The notes beneath the pieces were generated by a model. The model saw only the letters and a list, made by a program, of their open reading frames with translations. It made no database searches and was not told where the DNA came from. DNA of 36,191 bases, taken from IMG/VR virus record IMGVR_UViG_3300012942_000088, positions 1 through 36,191 of that record. One strand, given 5' to 3'. Source of the DNA: a virus. Taxonomy: Duplodnaviria > Caudoviricetes. Shown in pieces: positions 1-9,740 of this stretch (position 1 is the first letter of the stretch; the number at the start of each line of letters is the position of its first letter). A program made the translations under genes and the position numbers.

Positions 1-42
1 TGTAGCGCGGCGCGATAAATCGGTGGCCATGACTGAGATATT
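1..42 (+). repeat. Phage end (tail side) with putative transposase-binding motifs
   Basis: Terminal TGT; CGCGATA at 11-17 and TGAGATA at 34-40, the same offsets as at the other end. Confidence 0.75.
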
Positions 43-94
43 TTATCTGGTTGGAGAGTTGCACAGTACGCAAGGGAATTGCAGAGAAGAGCGG

Positions 95-1051
95 CTAGAA
101 CGGTCCAACGACATGGAACCCGTAATGAATGCCAGTGATCGAATGCTGCGTCAGGACTACGGGGGAATACGCTCCGGGGAAAAACACGTCACCGACTTTT
201 GCTGGCCACATCGTCTCAGATGACATCGAGTAGTAGCTGTTTCCAATCAGCGAATCAGCAAGCGCCATCCGTTTGGTGGCAGTCGAGTATGAGTACGGGC
301 CGTTAGCAGCAGTGTCCCAGTAGCCCACGAGGATCTCCATGCTCGTTGTCTGATTGGCACGAAGCCCGTTCCTGACGTAATACACGCCGGCTCGCTTGAC
401 TCGATAACAAAAATTTGCAGCGTCCCATGCTGACAGGTCATCCTTTGTGATGGTGTCGTAACCGATCAGCGCGTGTAACCCGGGACCAACTGATGCGGAC
501 GGCAGTAGCGTGGTGTTGGGTGTAGCGCAAAAGACGGTCGTCTGGAAGCGCTTCGACCCACCCGCACCGATTCCATCGGCCGGCCACGCCGCCCCATCCC
601 AGACGTAGATCAATCCATCGGCATCGACAAGGTAAGCCTTGCCAGCGTCCACAGACCCTAGCCCGATGGGAAGCGCGCTGTACGTCGCCACACGCCCGGA
701 CAGTGCGATGCTACCGAGCGTGCTGCTGATCGTCGGCGTCGCACTGGTCGGGTTTGCGATAGAGATGCCATTCCCTTCCTGGTAGACCTTGCCGGCGTCG
801 ATGGGCTTGAGGCGACCGGCAGCGGCATCCCAGCCAAAGACTTGACCGTCGACGATGGCATCCAAGCCAGTCATGGGCACGCTGGTGTAGAGCAGCGCAT
901 TCCATGCCGTGCTCCCGTCGCCGGTTTTCCCGAGTCCCGTATCTGTTTCCAGTGCCGGCTCGCCGGCGAGCAGTACAGGATTGGCCGCAGTCCAGTTCGC
1001 GGCGGTGTCGCGACGCAGGCGAAAGCGGGTTGGGATGACAGTGGCAGGCAT
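95..1051 (-). CDS. Tail fibre / receptor-binding protein with Mtd_N-like N-terminal domain
   Basis: N-terminal RFRLRRDTAANWTAANPVLLAGEPALETDTG..KTGDG..AWNAL resembles the Mtd N-terminal fibre domain; last gene of the tail operon; C-terminal coding region is less GC-rich. Confidence 0.8.
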   Translation of the reverse strand: MPATVIPTRFRLRRDTAANWTAANPVLLAGEPALETDTGLGKTGDGSTAWNALLYTSVPMTGLDAIVDGQVFGWDAAAGRLKPIDAGKVYQEGNGISIANPTSATPTISSTLGSIALSGRVATYSALPIGLGSVDAGKAYLVDADGLIYVWDGAAWPADGIGAGGSKRFQTTVFCATPNTTLLPSASVGPGLHALIGYDTITKDDLSAWDAANFCYRVKRAGVYYVRNGLRANQTTSMEILVGYWDTAANGPYSYSTATKRMALADSLIGNSYYSMSSETMWPAKVGDVFFPGAYSPVVLTQHSITGIHYGFHVVGPF

Positions 1052-1053
1052 GG

Positions 1054-3696
1054 TCAGGGCGCTCCGGCGTTGCCGCCGTCGTAGATGATGCCGTCGTAGA
1101 CGGGAGTATAAGCCGTGGCCGTGATGACATCGGCGGGGCTGGACGGCGGCAGATAATCGAAGGTGCGTCGATGCATCTGCAGGCTAGTTCCAATATCGTC
1201 GATGCACCACAGCTCCATTGTCACTGCGCCGGCGTAGCTGAGTGTGACATCGGCTGTGGACGGCCCGATGTCGGCGCGCTCAACCAGCACTGCACTTGTG
1301 TCGGCACGGCGAAAGCGCAGGCCGTAGCGAGTATTCGGCGCCGGTGTGACATCCGGCATGCTGGTATCGACGAGCTGGTCTGCCTGGGCGACACGGTTAC
1401 GGTGAGCCCATGTAACTGTGAATGATCCGGACACCGACGCAGGTGCATCCGTTCCAGCAACGGTGACACGACCCGGCGGATATGGCAGCGCTGCTCGGCC
1501 AACCAATGCGACCGTCATGGACGTGGCGTTCGACGGATCAAGCTGCGACCCAAATGCGTTCGTCAGCAGCCGGATATCGACCGACTCCCCGGCGATCAAT
1601 TCTGTTGCTTCACTGGCAAACGCTGCATCGACAAATAGGATGCGCGAATTTTCCGCGTGCGGGGCCGGCACGGTATCTGCACATCCACGCCCAAGCGTGA
1701 GCGTGTTGGCCGATGAGTCGATAGCGTCGATGCGGACAATCTCGTCATCCCAGAGCGCCCAACTACCCACGTCCACACTGGCCAGGCCAGTGGCACTGGC
1801 GAGGGTAAATGCAGTTCGTGGCGCGGCACCGATCATGGTGTCACCTTCCACGATTAATGCCGTCGGGCACCATTCGCCGCTGCCGACATTACTGTATGCA
1901 TCCGCCGCGTGAGGGGACAATTGCATCGTGTAGTCGCGTGACGCAGCAGGGTCTACAGCGGCGGCCAGCACGAACGCCGCCTCGTTATCCAGACCATTCA
2001 GCGTGCTGGATGCCAATGTGGCGCACAACACGATATACGGAGCCTCGATCGCGATCTGCGTAACGATCGGCACGGCAATCGGTGAGTGGCGTGTATCCAC
2101 GCCATGCTCCGTGTCGACGAAACTCACCGTGGCAAGACTGTAGATATCCTGGGAGGCCGTAATCTTGATTGCCCCCGACTTCAGCGTGCCTGTGGATTTC
2201 TCCGCGAGGATACACACCATGTCGGCAATGCCGCGCTTGGGCGACTGCAGCCGGAAGTATGTACCGACACGCCATGCGTAGCTGATACGCGTGGTAGTGA
2301 GGGTGAATGCCCGCTTCGGCGTCACGTCGGCACGCAGATCTCGGTCAGCCAAACGCAAGGCCAATCCGCTGGTGGGCACTTCAGGGTAAGAAACTTGGTC
2401 ATGAAGCGTGCCGAATGCATCGATCAGCGCCATTGCCTGCACCGGCGCAGTGCTGATCGATTCTTTCTGCGCTGGGTCGAAATACTGCACGCTCTTGCTG
2501 TTGGGCGCGCTGTCGTGCAGCCCGGGCGATTCGCTGAAATCCAGGATATCGTCATCGGTAAGGATGGGCAGCGACGCGAGATCGTAGACGCCGTTGGCAA
2601 CGTCGAGATACCACAACCCGTCGATCGGGCTGCGGCTCATGCTGCAGCCAGCCACTTTTTCGATGCGCGCGATGAAGTCGTCCAGGCTTTCGTTGGCCGG
2701 GTCGTATTCGGTGCACAGGCCGAAGCCTTGCGCGTAATACCAGTCCGCCGCGCCGCGAAAGCTCGCATCATGCATGTTGGTGGTGGCCTCGCGACCCATG
2801 TCATTCTGGGTACGGGCGTAGTAGAGAATGTGGGCGGGGTTCACTCCACGCACCGGACCAACCACTGCATTGAAGGTCAGATTTCCGCGGTTGTTGCCCC
2901 CCTCAGTGTCACCATCCCACAAATAAATGACGTAATTGCCCGGCGTCGCCAATAGAACCTGTGTCGCCGAGGCAGCGGCCAACGCAGCGGCGGCCGTGTC
3001 GTATTCGGTAGTGAAATACGCTACGGGCGCCGCGCCGTTCAACGACACGTTGAGTGTGCACCGCCAGGGCTTGCGTCCCACCGGTGCATCGCCATCGCTC
3101 GGCCAGAGCGAATAGCCGCCGGCTACGATGTTGATGGCCAATACCTCGCCGGGCGCCACCGTCACCGCTGCTTCTGCCGCGTTGTACCCGGGCGTCATGT
3201 GTGCAGTAGTACCGTCGAAGGTGTAGCTACCACTATCTGCCGCGCCCGCGATAGCCGACATCCAGATCACCGCTTTCTGCGGATACCAGCATTGGTCATC
3301 ATCCCATCCCTTAACCGCACGCAAAATTTTGTACGCCGGCTTCTGCGGATACGGATTCATCGCGCCATAGCGGCCGCCCTTGAACACCAACGTTGACAGT
3401 CCACGCCAAGCTGGCACCTGCGGCCCGAAAGTCTGCTTCAGGTATGCACTCGGCACTTGATCAGCCTCACCGAACATCACGTCGACGTCGCTCTGGATGC
3501 CGCCTTGGTCTTTCTCGCCGCCGAAGAGGTTGGGCTGGTCGATATGGATGGTGCCGCTGGCGGTGAGGTTGCCGGCCCATGCCGTCTTGTCGCCGGCGCG
3601 GAATTCCAGGAACGCGTCGATCGGGCCGATGCCGAGACCCGCGTGGTAGGCCACACGGTAGTGATAGCCGACGGTGACTTTGCCGCCCTTACCCAT
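1054..3696 (-). CDS. Tail tip / central tail (host-specificity) protein
   Basis: Probable start MGKGGKVTVGYHY at 3696; NLFGGEKDQGG, PAWRG and NPAHILY motifs typical of D3112/B3-like tail proteins. Confidence 0.8.
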   Translation of the reverse strand: MGKGGKVTVGYHYRVAYHAGLGIGPIDAFLEFRAGDKTAWAGNLTASGTIHIDQPNLFGGEKDQGGIQSDVDVMFGEADQVPSAYLKQTFGPQVPAWRGLSTLVFKGGRYGAMNPYPQKPAYKILRAVKGWDDDQCWYPQKAVIWMSAIAGAADSGSYTFDGTTAHMTPGYNAAEAAVTVAPGEVLAINIVAGGYSLWPSDGDAPVGRKPWRCTLNVSLNGAAPVAYFTTEYDTAAAALAAASATQVLLATPGNYVIYLWDGDTEGGNNRGNLTFNAVVGPVRGVNPAHILYYARTQNDMGREATTNMHDASFRGAADWYYAQGFGLCTEYDPANESLDDFIARIEKVAGCSMSRSPIDGLWYLDVANGVYDLASLPILTDDDILDFSESPGLHDSAPNSKSVQYFDPAQKESISTAPVQAMALIDAFGTLHDQVSYPEVPTSGLALRLADRDLRADVTPKRAFTLTTTRISYAWRVGTYFRLQSPKRGIADMVCILAEKSTGTLKSGAIKITASQDIYSLATVSFVDTEHGVDTRHSPIAVPIVTQIAIEAPYIVLCATLASSTLNGLDNEAAFVLAAAVDPAASRDYTMQLSPHAADAYSNVGSGEWCPTALIVEGDTMIGAAPRTAFTLASATGLASVDVGSWALWDDEIVRIDAIDSSANTLTLGRGCADTVPAPHAENSRILFVDAAFASEATELIAGESVDIRLLTNAFGSQLDPSNATSMTVALVGRAALPYPPGRVTVAGTDAPASVSGSFTVTWAHRNRVAQADQLVDTSMPDVTPAPNTRYGLRFRRADTSAVLVERADIGPSTADVTLSYAGAVTMELWCIDDIGTSLQMHRRTFDYLPPSSPADVITATAYTPVYDGIIYDGGNAGAP

Positions 3697-3910
3697 GCGC
3701 CTGCTCCACGCGCTTGCGCGCCCACGCCACCAACGCCAGTGCCAGAGCGTCGCCCGTGGCCTCCAATGCGGTCGCAGCGATGCCATCACGCACGAAGGCC
3801 GACCAGTCGAGGTCGTGGGCGTTGAACCAGCGACGTGCACCATCGCGACAGAACCCGGGCCGCTTGCTGTAGCCGGGAATGGTGAACAGGTCGCGCGTGG
3901 TGACGATCAC
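3689..3910 (-). CDS. Small tail assembly protein
   Basis: 73 aa with C..GARRWF..HDLDWSAF..DGI motif seen in tail-tip clusters; overlaps both neighbours. Confidence 0.75.
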   Translation of the reverse strand: MIVTTRDLFTIPGYSKRPGFCRDGARRWFNAHDLDWSAFVRDGIAATALEATGDALALALVAWARKRVEQAHG

Positions 3911-4329
3911 TTCTTGCCTCCGTCCGACTTGATCGGGTCGCGGCCGACGATCTTCCAGGCAAGCAGGAAGCTGTCGTCAACCCAACAGGTGCCGAAGTAA
4001 TGCTTCACCGACTGGCCGTCGTCCGTCGTTGGCGTATCTGCCTGCGTCGGCGCCGCTTGCTGCCGTCCCTTGGCGGCCATCGCGTAGCCGATGATCGCGG
4101 ACACAATGATGATCACCGCCCACACGATGAACCACACCACGGCCTCGCGCGGTTGGTCGGGCGGCGCCGGCTGCGACATCTTGACGATCACGACGATGGT
4201 GTCGGTAATCACTGCCAGCGAGAACATCACGGCGAGCACGATGCGCGCGTGCAGGCCACCTGGCGTATCCAGCCACCAATACCGCAGCCGCCAGCCGTAG
4301 ACGTGGCGCCAGCGCTTGAGGGTGTGCAT
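3907..4329 (-). CDS. Tail tip assembly protein with hydrophobic N-terminus
   Basis: ATG at 4329 overlaps the upstream stop (TGATG); C-terminal PTTDDG..VKHYFGTCWV...IKSDGGKK motif; two hydrophobic segments. Confidence 0.7.
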   Translation of the reverse strand: MHTLKRWRHVYGWRLRYWWLDTPGGLHARIVLAVMFSLAVITDTIVVIVKMSQPAPPDQPREAVVWFIVWAVIIIVSAIIGYAMAAKGRQQAAPTQADTPTTDDGQSVKHYFGTCWVDDSFLLAWKIVGRDPIKSDGGKK

Positions 4330-5183
4330 CAGCCCCATGACATGCTCTGCCCTTTGTAAGGATTCTTGACCGGCTTGTAGATGGCGCCGCCGTAGTTGTC
4401 GGTATTGCCGCGCGCCTCGCATGCCGCCCAGGTGCGCGGGCAGCCCGGCACCACGCTCACCGCCGCACCTACTGCAAGCCCTGCGACACCGGACAGTAGG
4501 GTGATGCTGGTGCCGGTGTGCGCCATGATGCTGAGCCGCTGCACCAGGCCCGCGACGTCGGTGAAATCCAACGCGCCGCCCGCCAGCGACAACGGCGCCG
4601 TGCCGAATTCATCCGCGGTCACCGTGAGGCCGTTTACCCCTGTGAGCGTGGCGGTGATGGTTTGCGCCGTGCGGTCCAGGTTGCAGCCACGCAGACCGAT
4701 GGAATACACCGTTTTCCAGCAAGCGATCTGCCACTTCGCGCCTTGCCGCTGCGCCTTGCCCAGGCTGTTAGTGGGCACGCAGGTCAGCTCCAGCTTGCCG
4801 TCGGTGAACTTGGGCTGGCCCACCTGGCCCATCCACTCCACGATGACTTGTTGGTCCGGGTCGTTGAGGTGGGTGGACAGGCACACCACGCCCACGGTGT
4901 CGCCGGGCGTGTACGGGTGCCAGTTGTCGCCCAGCGATTGCGTCACCGGGTCGGCGTTGGCTGGGTCTCGGTTGTACGGCAAGGTGATGGTGACGCTGTC
5001 CTGCGCCTTTTCGATGGTCTGCTTGATCTCGCTGCGCGACATGGGCGCCGCCAACCAGGTGAAGCCGCCGATCACCACGTCGCGCTCACACGCGGCGTAC
5101 CGCCATACCACACCCTGCCGCGTGAAGCGGAACAGGTGGGTGGGCTTGCCGCCCCGGCGCGAGAGCTCGAAATCGTCAAACAT
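4329..5183 (-). CDS. Phage BR0599 / DUF2163 family tail protein
   Basis: Conserved cysteines (C..TVY...GC; PGCPRTWAAC..RGN..NYGG) and tail-tip position. Confidence 0.85.
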   Translation of the reverse strand: MFDDFELSRRGGKPTHLFRFTRQGVVWRYAACERDVVIGGFTWLAAPMSRSEIKQTIEKAQDSVTITLPYNRDPANADPVTQSLGDNWHPYTPGDTVGVVCLSTHLNDPDQQVIVEWMGQVGQPKFTDGKLELTCVPTNSLGKAQRQGAKWQIACWKTVYSIGLRGCNLDRTAQTITATLTGVNGLTVTADEFGTAPLSLAGGALDFTDVAGLVQRLSIMAHTGTSITLLSGVAGLAVGAAVSVVPGCPRTWAACEARGNTDNYGGAIYKPVKNPYKGQSMSWG

Positions 5184-6375
5184 CGCTCTTCACCGCCTGC
5201 CAATTGAGCTGCGCACTGGCTACGGCGCCGGGCGTGTCGTGGGTAATCGTCACTGTGTCGGTGGCCAGCTGGCACATGGCCAGCCAGCTGATCTGGCGCA
5301 CCTGCGTGGGATCCACGGCAATGCCCAGCGCGGCATCGATCTGCAGCGTCTCGCTGCTGGCCAGCTGCGCGCTGCCAGTGATGCGGCGATAGAACACCGT
5401 GCCGTCGTTGAGCTCGATGCGGATATCGCGGCGGTTGCGCTGCTGTGCGCCGAACACGCTGTAGTAGCACGGCGCCATCTGCAGTTGAGTTGCCGCGGCC
5501 GTCGCCGCTTGCAGCAGGCGCAAGTCGTTTTGCCAGCTCGGTACCCACAGCTGGCCAGCCCGGCCGGCCAGCGCATAGGCCAGCGCGCGGAAGCGCGTCA
5601 GCTCGTCGCGGCCATGCAGCTTGAAAAGCTGCGACTGCACGCGAAACGGCATGCCTGGCAGGTCGAAGTAGTAGATCGGGCCGGTGTCTTCATCGACGGA
5701 GCTGGCTGCACGGGTGTACTGATCGGTCGGGTCACGGCTTTCGTCGCCGCGCCATTCCAGTATCGGCACGCCGCGATACGTCGACGCGCTGGGCCATGCC
5801 GGCAGCCAGTCGCACGGCTCATCGATGAGCACCGCCACCTGCATGCCCAGGATCTCCACGCCGCCCCAGGCACGCTGCGGCGCATCCTGCAAGCGCGCGC
5901 GGCGCACCGGGTAGAGCCGCGTACCAGCCGGCCAGGCATTCGACGTACCGGTGGTCAATGTGATCTGGTCAGCTGCAATGCTGTCCACGGTGGCCAGCTC
6001 CCACGCCTGCGCGTTCTGCCATAACGCCACCTGGCCGCCCGCCACGAAGTCGAAGCCGGCCGTGTCGCACGGCACCGTCACCGCGTCCATCGCCAGCGGT
6101 GCGGTCAGCCATTGCACGTCGTGGTAGATCGGCAACAGGAAGCCCATCACGCCCAGGTCAAACGCGATCGCATCGACGATGCGGCTGTCGTCCTCGTAAT
6201 CGCGCGTGTTGAAGCTGAAGCTGCGACGCGGCGCGCCACGTAGCTGGCGCACCTGCTGCCGGCCGGTACCGCTGGCCTGCATCAGATCGGTCAGCCAGGC
6301 CAACGTCTCAGTGACGGGGTTGCTCCACTCCGCCGGTGCAGGCCACAGCACGGGTTGGCCGACGACATAGCCCAT
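5176..6375 (-). CDS. Distal tail / virion structural protein
   Basis: Start MGYVVGQPVLWP overlaps the tape measure stop; W..PVTETLAWLTD...Q...LR.APRR motif; directly after the tape measure gene. Confidence 0.75.
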   Translation of the reverse strand: MGYVVGQPVLWPAPAEWSNPVTETLAWLTDLMQASGTGRQQVRQLRGAPRRSFSFNTRDYEDDSRIVDAIAFDLGVMGFLLPIYHDVQWLTAPLAMDAVTVPCDTAGFDFVAGGQVALWQNAQAWELATVDSIAADQITLTTGTSNAWPAGTRLYPVRRARLQDAPQRAWGGVEILGMQVAVLIDEPCDWLPAWPSASTYRGVPILEWRGDESRDPTDQYTRAASSVDEDTGPIYYFDLPGMPFRVQSQLFKLHGRDELTRFRALAYALAGRAGQLWVPSWQNDLRLLQAATAAATQLQMAPCYYSVFGAQQRNRRDIRIELNDGTVFYRRITGSAQLASSETLQIDAALGIAVDPTQVRQISWLAMCQLATDTVTITHDTPGAVASAQLNWQAVKSDV

Positions 6376-9300
6376 CACCGGCTCCACTTGCCCTGGATGG
6401 TGCGCGGGTTGTCGCCCACGATGTGCACCACCGCCTGCTGCATCGTCGGCGACGCGGCCAGCTTCTCCGCCGCCTCCTCGATGCTCCATACGTGGATGTG
6501 CGTGGTACCGCTGTCCCGCGCGTTGTCGTTGCTTGCCGGCGACACAACATCCGGCGCGCGGAAGGGCATGCCGGCGTCACTGCGGAAGCCCAGTTGCATC
6601 GGCGTCGGCGCATTGGCCAGCGGGTGCACGAAGCCACCTTCGGCGTAGCCGTGCAGGCCGCGGCGGAAGGTCTCGAAGGCGGCAGGGCCGCCGAGCGCGG
6701 ACATGTCGCGCTGGCTCAGAACGCCTTCACCGGCATGCACCACGCCCGCGACCTGGTATTTGCCGCCGGGGCCGGTGTAGCCGCCTTCGGCGTAGCCGCC
6801 GACCGGCTGCGCGCGGATCTGCGCCACGTTGGCCAGGCCGGTCGCAATGGCCACCGCCGCCGCGGCTGCGCCCAGCGCGGGGCCCACATACGGGATGCTG
6901 GCCATCGCGCTATACGACGCCGTGGCCGCCTGGTAGGTGTTGATGATCGCCTGCGCGATCGCGGCCGCCTTGCCGATCCGCGCCATCTTGCTGTTGTGGC
7001 TGCTGCTGAGCACGGCCAGTTGGCCGAACAGGTTCGCCGAAGTCTGCAGCACCAGCTGGCCGCGCGACTGCTCGATCACGACGCGTTCCTTCGCGTATTT
7101 TTCCTCGATGGCCTTCAGGCGCTGCTGGTACACCTCCTCGTTCGCCGCATCCTGCGCGCGGAACGCGTCGTTCGCCGCCAGCTGCTGCTGGTGCCACTGG
7201 TCCAGCTCGGCCTGCGCGCGCAGGTTCTTGTTCAACTCACTACCGATGCCGCCCACCGAGGCATCGATCCCCTGGTACTGCGGCGCCTTGCCCACGCTGT
7301 TGTCGGCGATGCGTTTCACCGCATCGGCGTACTGCTGCGGGCTGATCTCGTCCTTGGTGCCCTTCAGCTGCGTCATCAGACGATTGAGCTCGGTGAGCTG
7401 GGCGACGGCCTTGTCGGTGACGACTTCGACGGGCGTGCGCAGGCTGTCGCGCAGCTTCTCCCAGGCCTCGCGGTCCTTGTCCGTAAGCTTGGCCAGCGCG
7501 TTGTCGCGCGCAGTGGCGGCGAGCTGCACGATGGCATTGCGCTCGGCGTCAATCGCCTGGACATTCGCACCGCGGGCTTGCTTAGCTGTGGCGGCTTGCT
7601 TGTCGGCTTGGGCGACCGCCTGGTTGTACTTCACCCAGGCGGCGGCGACGGGATCAAGCTCGCCCTGCAGCTGTGCCAGGGAATCGATCAGGGCCTGCTG
7701 CGCAGTTGCGGCCGCGCGATCGATGGCGGCTTGCTTGTTATTGCTGCGCGGATGCCGTCCCTGGGACTGCAATGATTTTGCATAGTCTGCTACTGCTGCA
7801 CGTAGCAGATCGCCACGCTGGGCATTGAGTTCAGCCGCTTTCGCGGGTGTGGCTTTGATTTGCGCATCGAATTGCTTATTGATGTCGTCGATGGTGCTTT
7901 TGTATTTCTGCGCCGCCGTGGCGTAACGCTGCTGATACGTGGCGATCTTGTCCAGTGCAGCGTTGCCAGCCTCCTGTTCCTGCCGGTGCTTGGATTCGGC
8001 TTGTGCACCGGCTTCTTCTGCCGCAGTGCGTGCCTTCAGCGCGTCGATCTGTTTATCGATGGCGGCAATACGTGCTGTCGCCATCGACTGCACGCCAGGG
8101 ATATTTTTGGTGAGGAAACTGTCGGCGAGATTCTGCGCGCTACCACGTTCCGCATACAGTTGATCGAGCTGCTGCTGGATATTTTGTGCACCCCAGCTCT
8201 TGAGGAGATTCCAGCCGCGCTGGATTTCATCATTGAGGCTTTTCCAAGCGCGCTGAATATCGCCGAGGTTCTGTTCATCGCGCGTCCGGCGGCTGTCCAT
8301 TGCATCGGCCAGCGTCTTTTGTGCCAGGGCCACTGCCTCCGCATGATTACCTTGATCTTCAAGTGCGCGAATCTGTGCGTAAGTCGATGTTTCGAGGAAA
8401 TGGTATTGCTCATCTAGCTTGCGAACAGCCTGCACGGGCTTGTCGCCAATGGCGATGACCTCATTCACCACATCCTTCACGCTTCGCCCCGTCAACTGGG
8501 CCAGTGCAACGGTGGCGCGTGTTGCATCTGCCATCGTGTCTTCGGTGATCTTGCCCGACCCTGCCAAGGCGAGCACAGCCGCACGTGCGTCGCTGTAATC
8601 GCGCTGAGAACTCCCCACCGTGGAGGCGAGATTCGCCAGCTGGGTGCCGGTATAGCCAGCATAATTGCCGGTGGTCAGCAGCACCGTGTTGTATTGCTGA
8701 GCTTCAAGGTAACCCTTGACCAAACCGGCCGTCACAAGCGCGAGCACGCCGACTAAGCCACCCAGCGCCAAACGTGCCGGCGTAAGCACAGACAAGACGC
8801 CCTGGATCGCCGGCTTCACGCCGCCGAAGGAATCCTTGATCTGCGAGCCCTGCTGCAGGAACACCAGCCATACCGGCATACCCGCGGCGAGGCTGACCGT
8901 GACGTCGGTGATTTGCGCAGGCAGCTGGCGCATGGCCTGCCGCGTTTGCCCCGCGCTGATACCCATGCGATTCAGCGCCGCGCGGCTGGCCTCGATCTGC
9001 GTGCGGAACGCCTGGAAATCCTGGGCATCGATCGCGCCCGCCTTATGGAAGCGTGCGAGTTCTGCCTCTTGCTGGTCCAGCCGCTCGAACGCGGCAATGG
9101 TCGGGTCGATCTGACCCAGCAAACGTCCCAGCGCAGCAGTTTGGTCTTCGGTGCTTGCGGTGGTTTTGCGCTCGGCGGCGGCCATCTCGGCGGCAGCCAC
9201 GCTGGACTGACGCATCTGTGCGTTCTGGCGCTGCACGATGGCCGCGGTGTCCTGGACGGACGCAGCGTGCTGCTGGGCGGCAGTGCTGGCTTCCTGGGTT

Positions 9301-9701
9301 GCCGCTGCTGCCGTCTGTTCGGCCGCTGCCTGTTCGCGTGATGCCGCGATCATGTCGCGGATGCGGGCAGTGGCTTCGGCCTCGCTTTCGCCGACGGCCT
9401 TGATTCCCTCTGCGGCGGCACGGGCGCCGGCCTCTACCGTCGACGTGGCCCGAGCAGCCTGCACGGAACTCTGGACCAGTGCCGCCATCCGTTCGTCCAT
9501 GCCCTGCAGCAACTGCACCGCTTGCCCGGTGTTGGTCACCAGCGCGTCAAGCTGCTGGCTCAACCGACCCAGTCCGGCCTTGCCGGTATCTGCCGATTTG
9601 CCGGTGTTGGTCACGGTTTTGTTGATGGCGTCGATCTGCGCCTGGGCGTCTTTCAGATCCGCCGTGACGCGCAGGGCAATGTCGAGGTTACGGTCAGCCA
9701 T
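6375..9701 (-). CDS. Tape measure protein
   Basis: 1108 aa, Ala/Gln-rich and helical; QLPAQITD....LAAG....LVFLQQGSQIKDSFGG lambda-type TMP motif; C-terminal GYAEGGYTGPGGKYQVAGVVHAGE. Confidence 0.93.
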   Translation of the reverse strand: MADRNLDIALRVTADLKDAQAQIDAINKTVTNTGKSADTGKAGLGRLSQQLDALVTNTGQAVQLLQGMDERMAALVQSSVQAARATSTVEAGARAAAEGIKAVGESEAEATARIRDMIAASREQAAAEQTAAAATQEASTAAQQHAASVQDTAAIVQRQNAQMRQSSVAAAEMAAAERKTTASTEDQTAALGRLLGQIDPTIAAFERLDQQEAELARFHKAGAIDAQDFQAFRTQIEASRAALNRMGISAGQTRQAMRQLPAQITDVTVSLAAGMPVWLVFLQQGSQIKDSFGGVKPAIQGVLSVLTPARLALGGLVGVLALVTAGLVKGYLEAQQYNTVLLTTGNYAGYTGTQLANLASTVGSSQRDYSDARAAVLALAGSGKITEDTMADATRATVALAQLTGRSVKDVVNEVIAIGDKPVQAVRKLDEQYHFLETSTYAQIRALEDQGNHAEAVALAQKTLADAMDSRRTRDEQNLGDIQRAWKSLNDEIQRGWNLLKSWGAQNIQQQLDQLYAERGSAQNLADSFLTKNIPGVQSMATARIAAIDKQIDALKARTAAEEAGAQAESKHRQEQEAGNAALDKIATYQQRYATAAQKYKSTIDDINKQFDAQIKATPAKAAELNAQRGDLLRAAVADYAKSLQSQGRHPRSNNKQAAIDRAAATAQQALIDSLAQLQGELDPVAAAWVKYNQAVAQADKQAATAKQARGANVQAIDAERNAIVQLAATARDNALAKLTDKDREAWEKLRDSLRTPVEVVTDKAVAQLTELNRLMTQLKGTKDEISPQQYADAVKRIADNSVGKAPQYQGIDASVGGIGSELNKNLRAQAELDQWHQQQLAANDAFRAQDAANEEVYQQRLKAIEEKYAKERVVIEQSRGQLVLQTSANLFGQLAVLSSSHNSKMARIGKAAAIAQAIINTYQAATASYSAMASIPYVGPALGAAAAAVAIATGLANVAQIRAQPVGGYAEGGYTGPGGKYQVAGVVHAGEGVLSQRDMSALGGPAAFETFRRGLHGYAEGGFVHPLANAPTPMQLGFRSDAGMPFRAPDVVSPASNDNARDSGTTHIHVWSIEEAAEKLAASPTMQQAVVHIVGDNPRTIQGKWSR

Positions 9702-9710
9702 TGCTACACT
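9702..9710 (+). promoter_or_regulatory. Putative extended -10 promoter (TGcTACACT) for the antisense moron
   Basis: Matches TGn-TAnnnT, about 30 nt upstream of the ATG at 9741 and its GGGGAG RBS. Confidence 0.55.
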
Positions 9711-9740
9711 CCCGGCAGGATATGGTCAGGGGAGAACGAC

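Noticed and set aside
23-223. 66-aa + strand ORF at the terminus
   Set aside because: Overlaps the end motifs and is antisense to the fibre gene; no RBS
95-1051. Diversity-generating retroelement suggested by the Mtd-like N-terminus
   Set aside because: No reverse transcriptase or Avd ORF, and I saw no second copy (TR) of the gene's 3' end in the window
4396-7785. Long + strand ORFs (542, 479 and 282 aa)
   Set aside because: Antisense shadows of GC-rich tail genes, with no motifs or RBS
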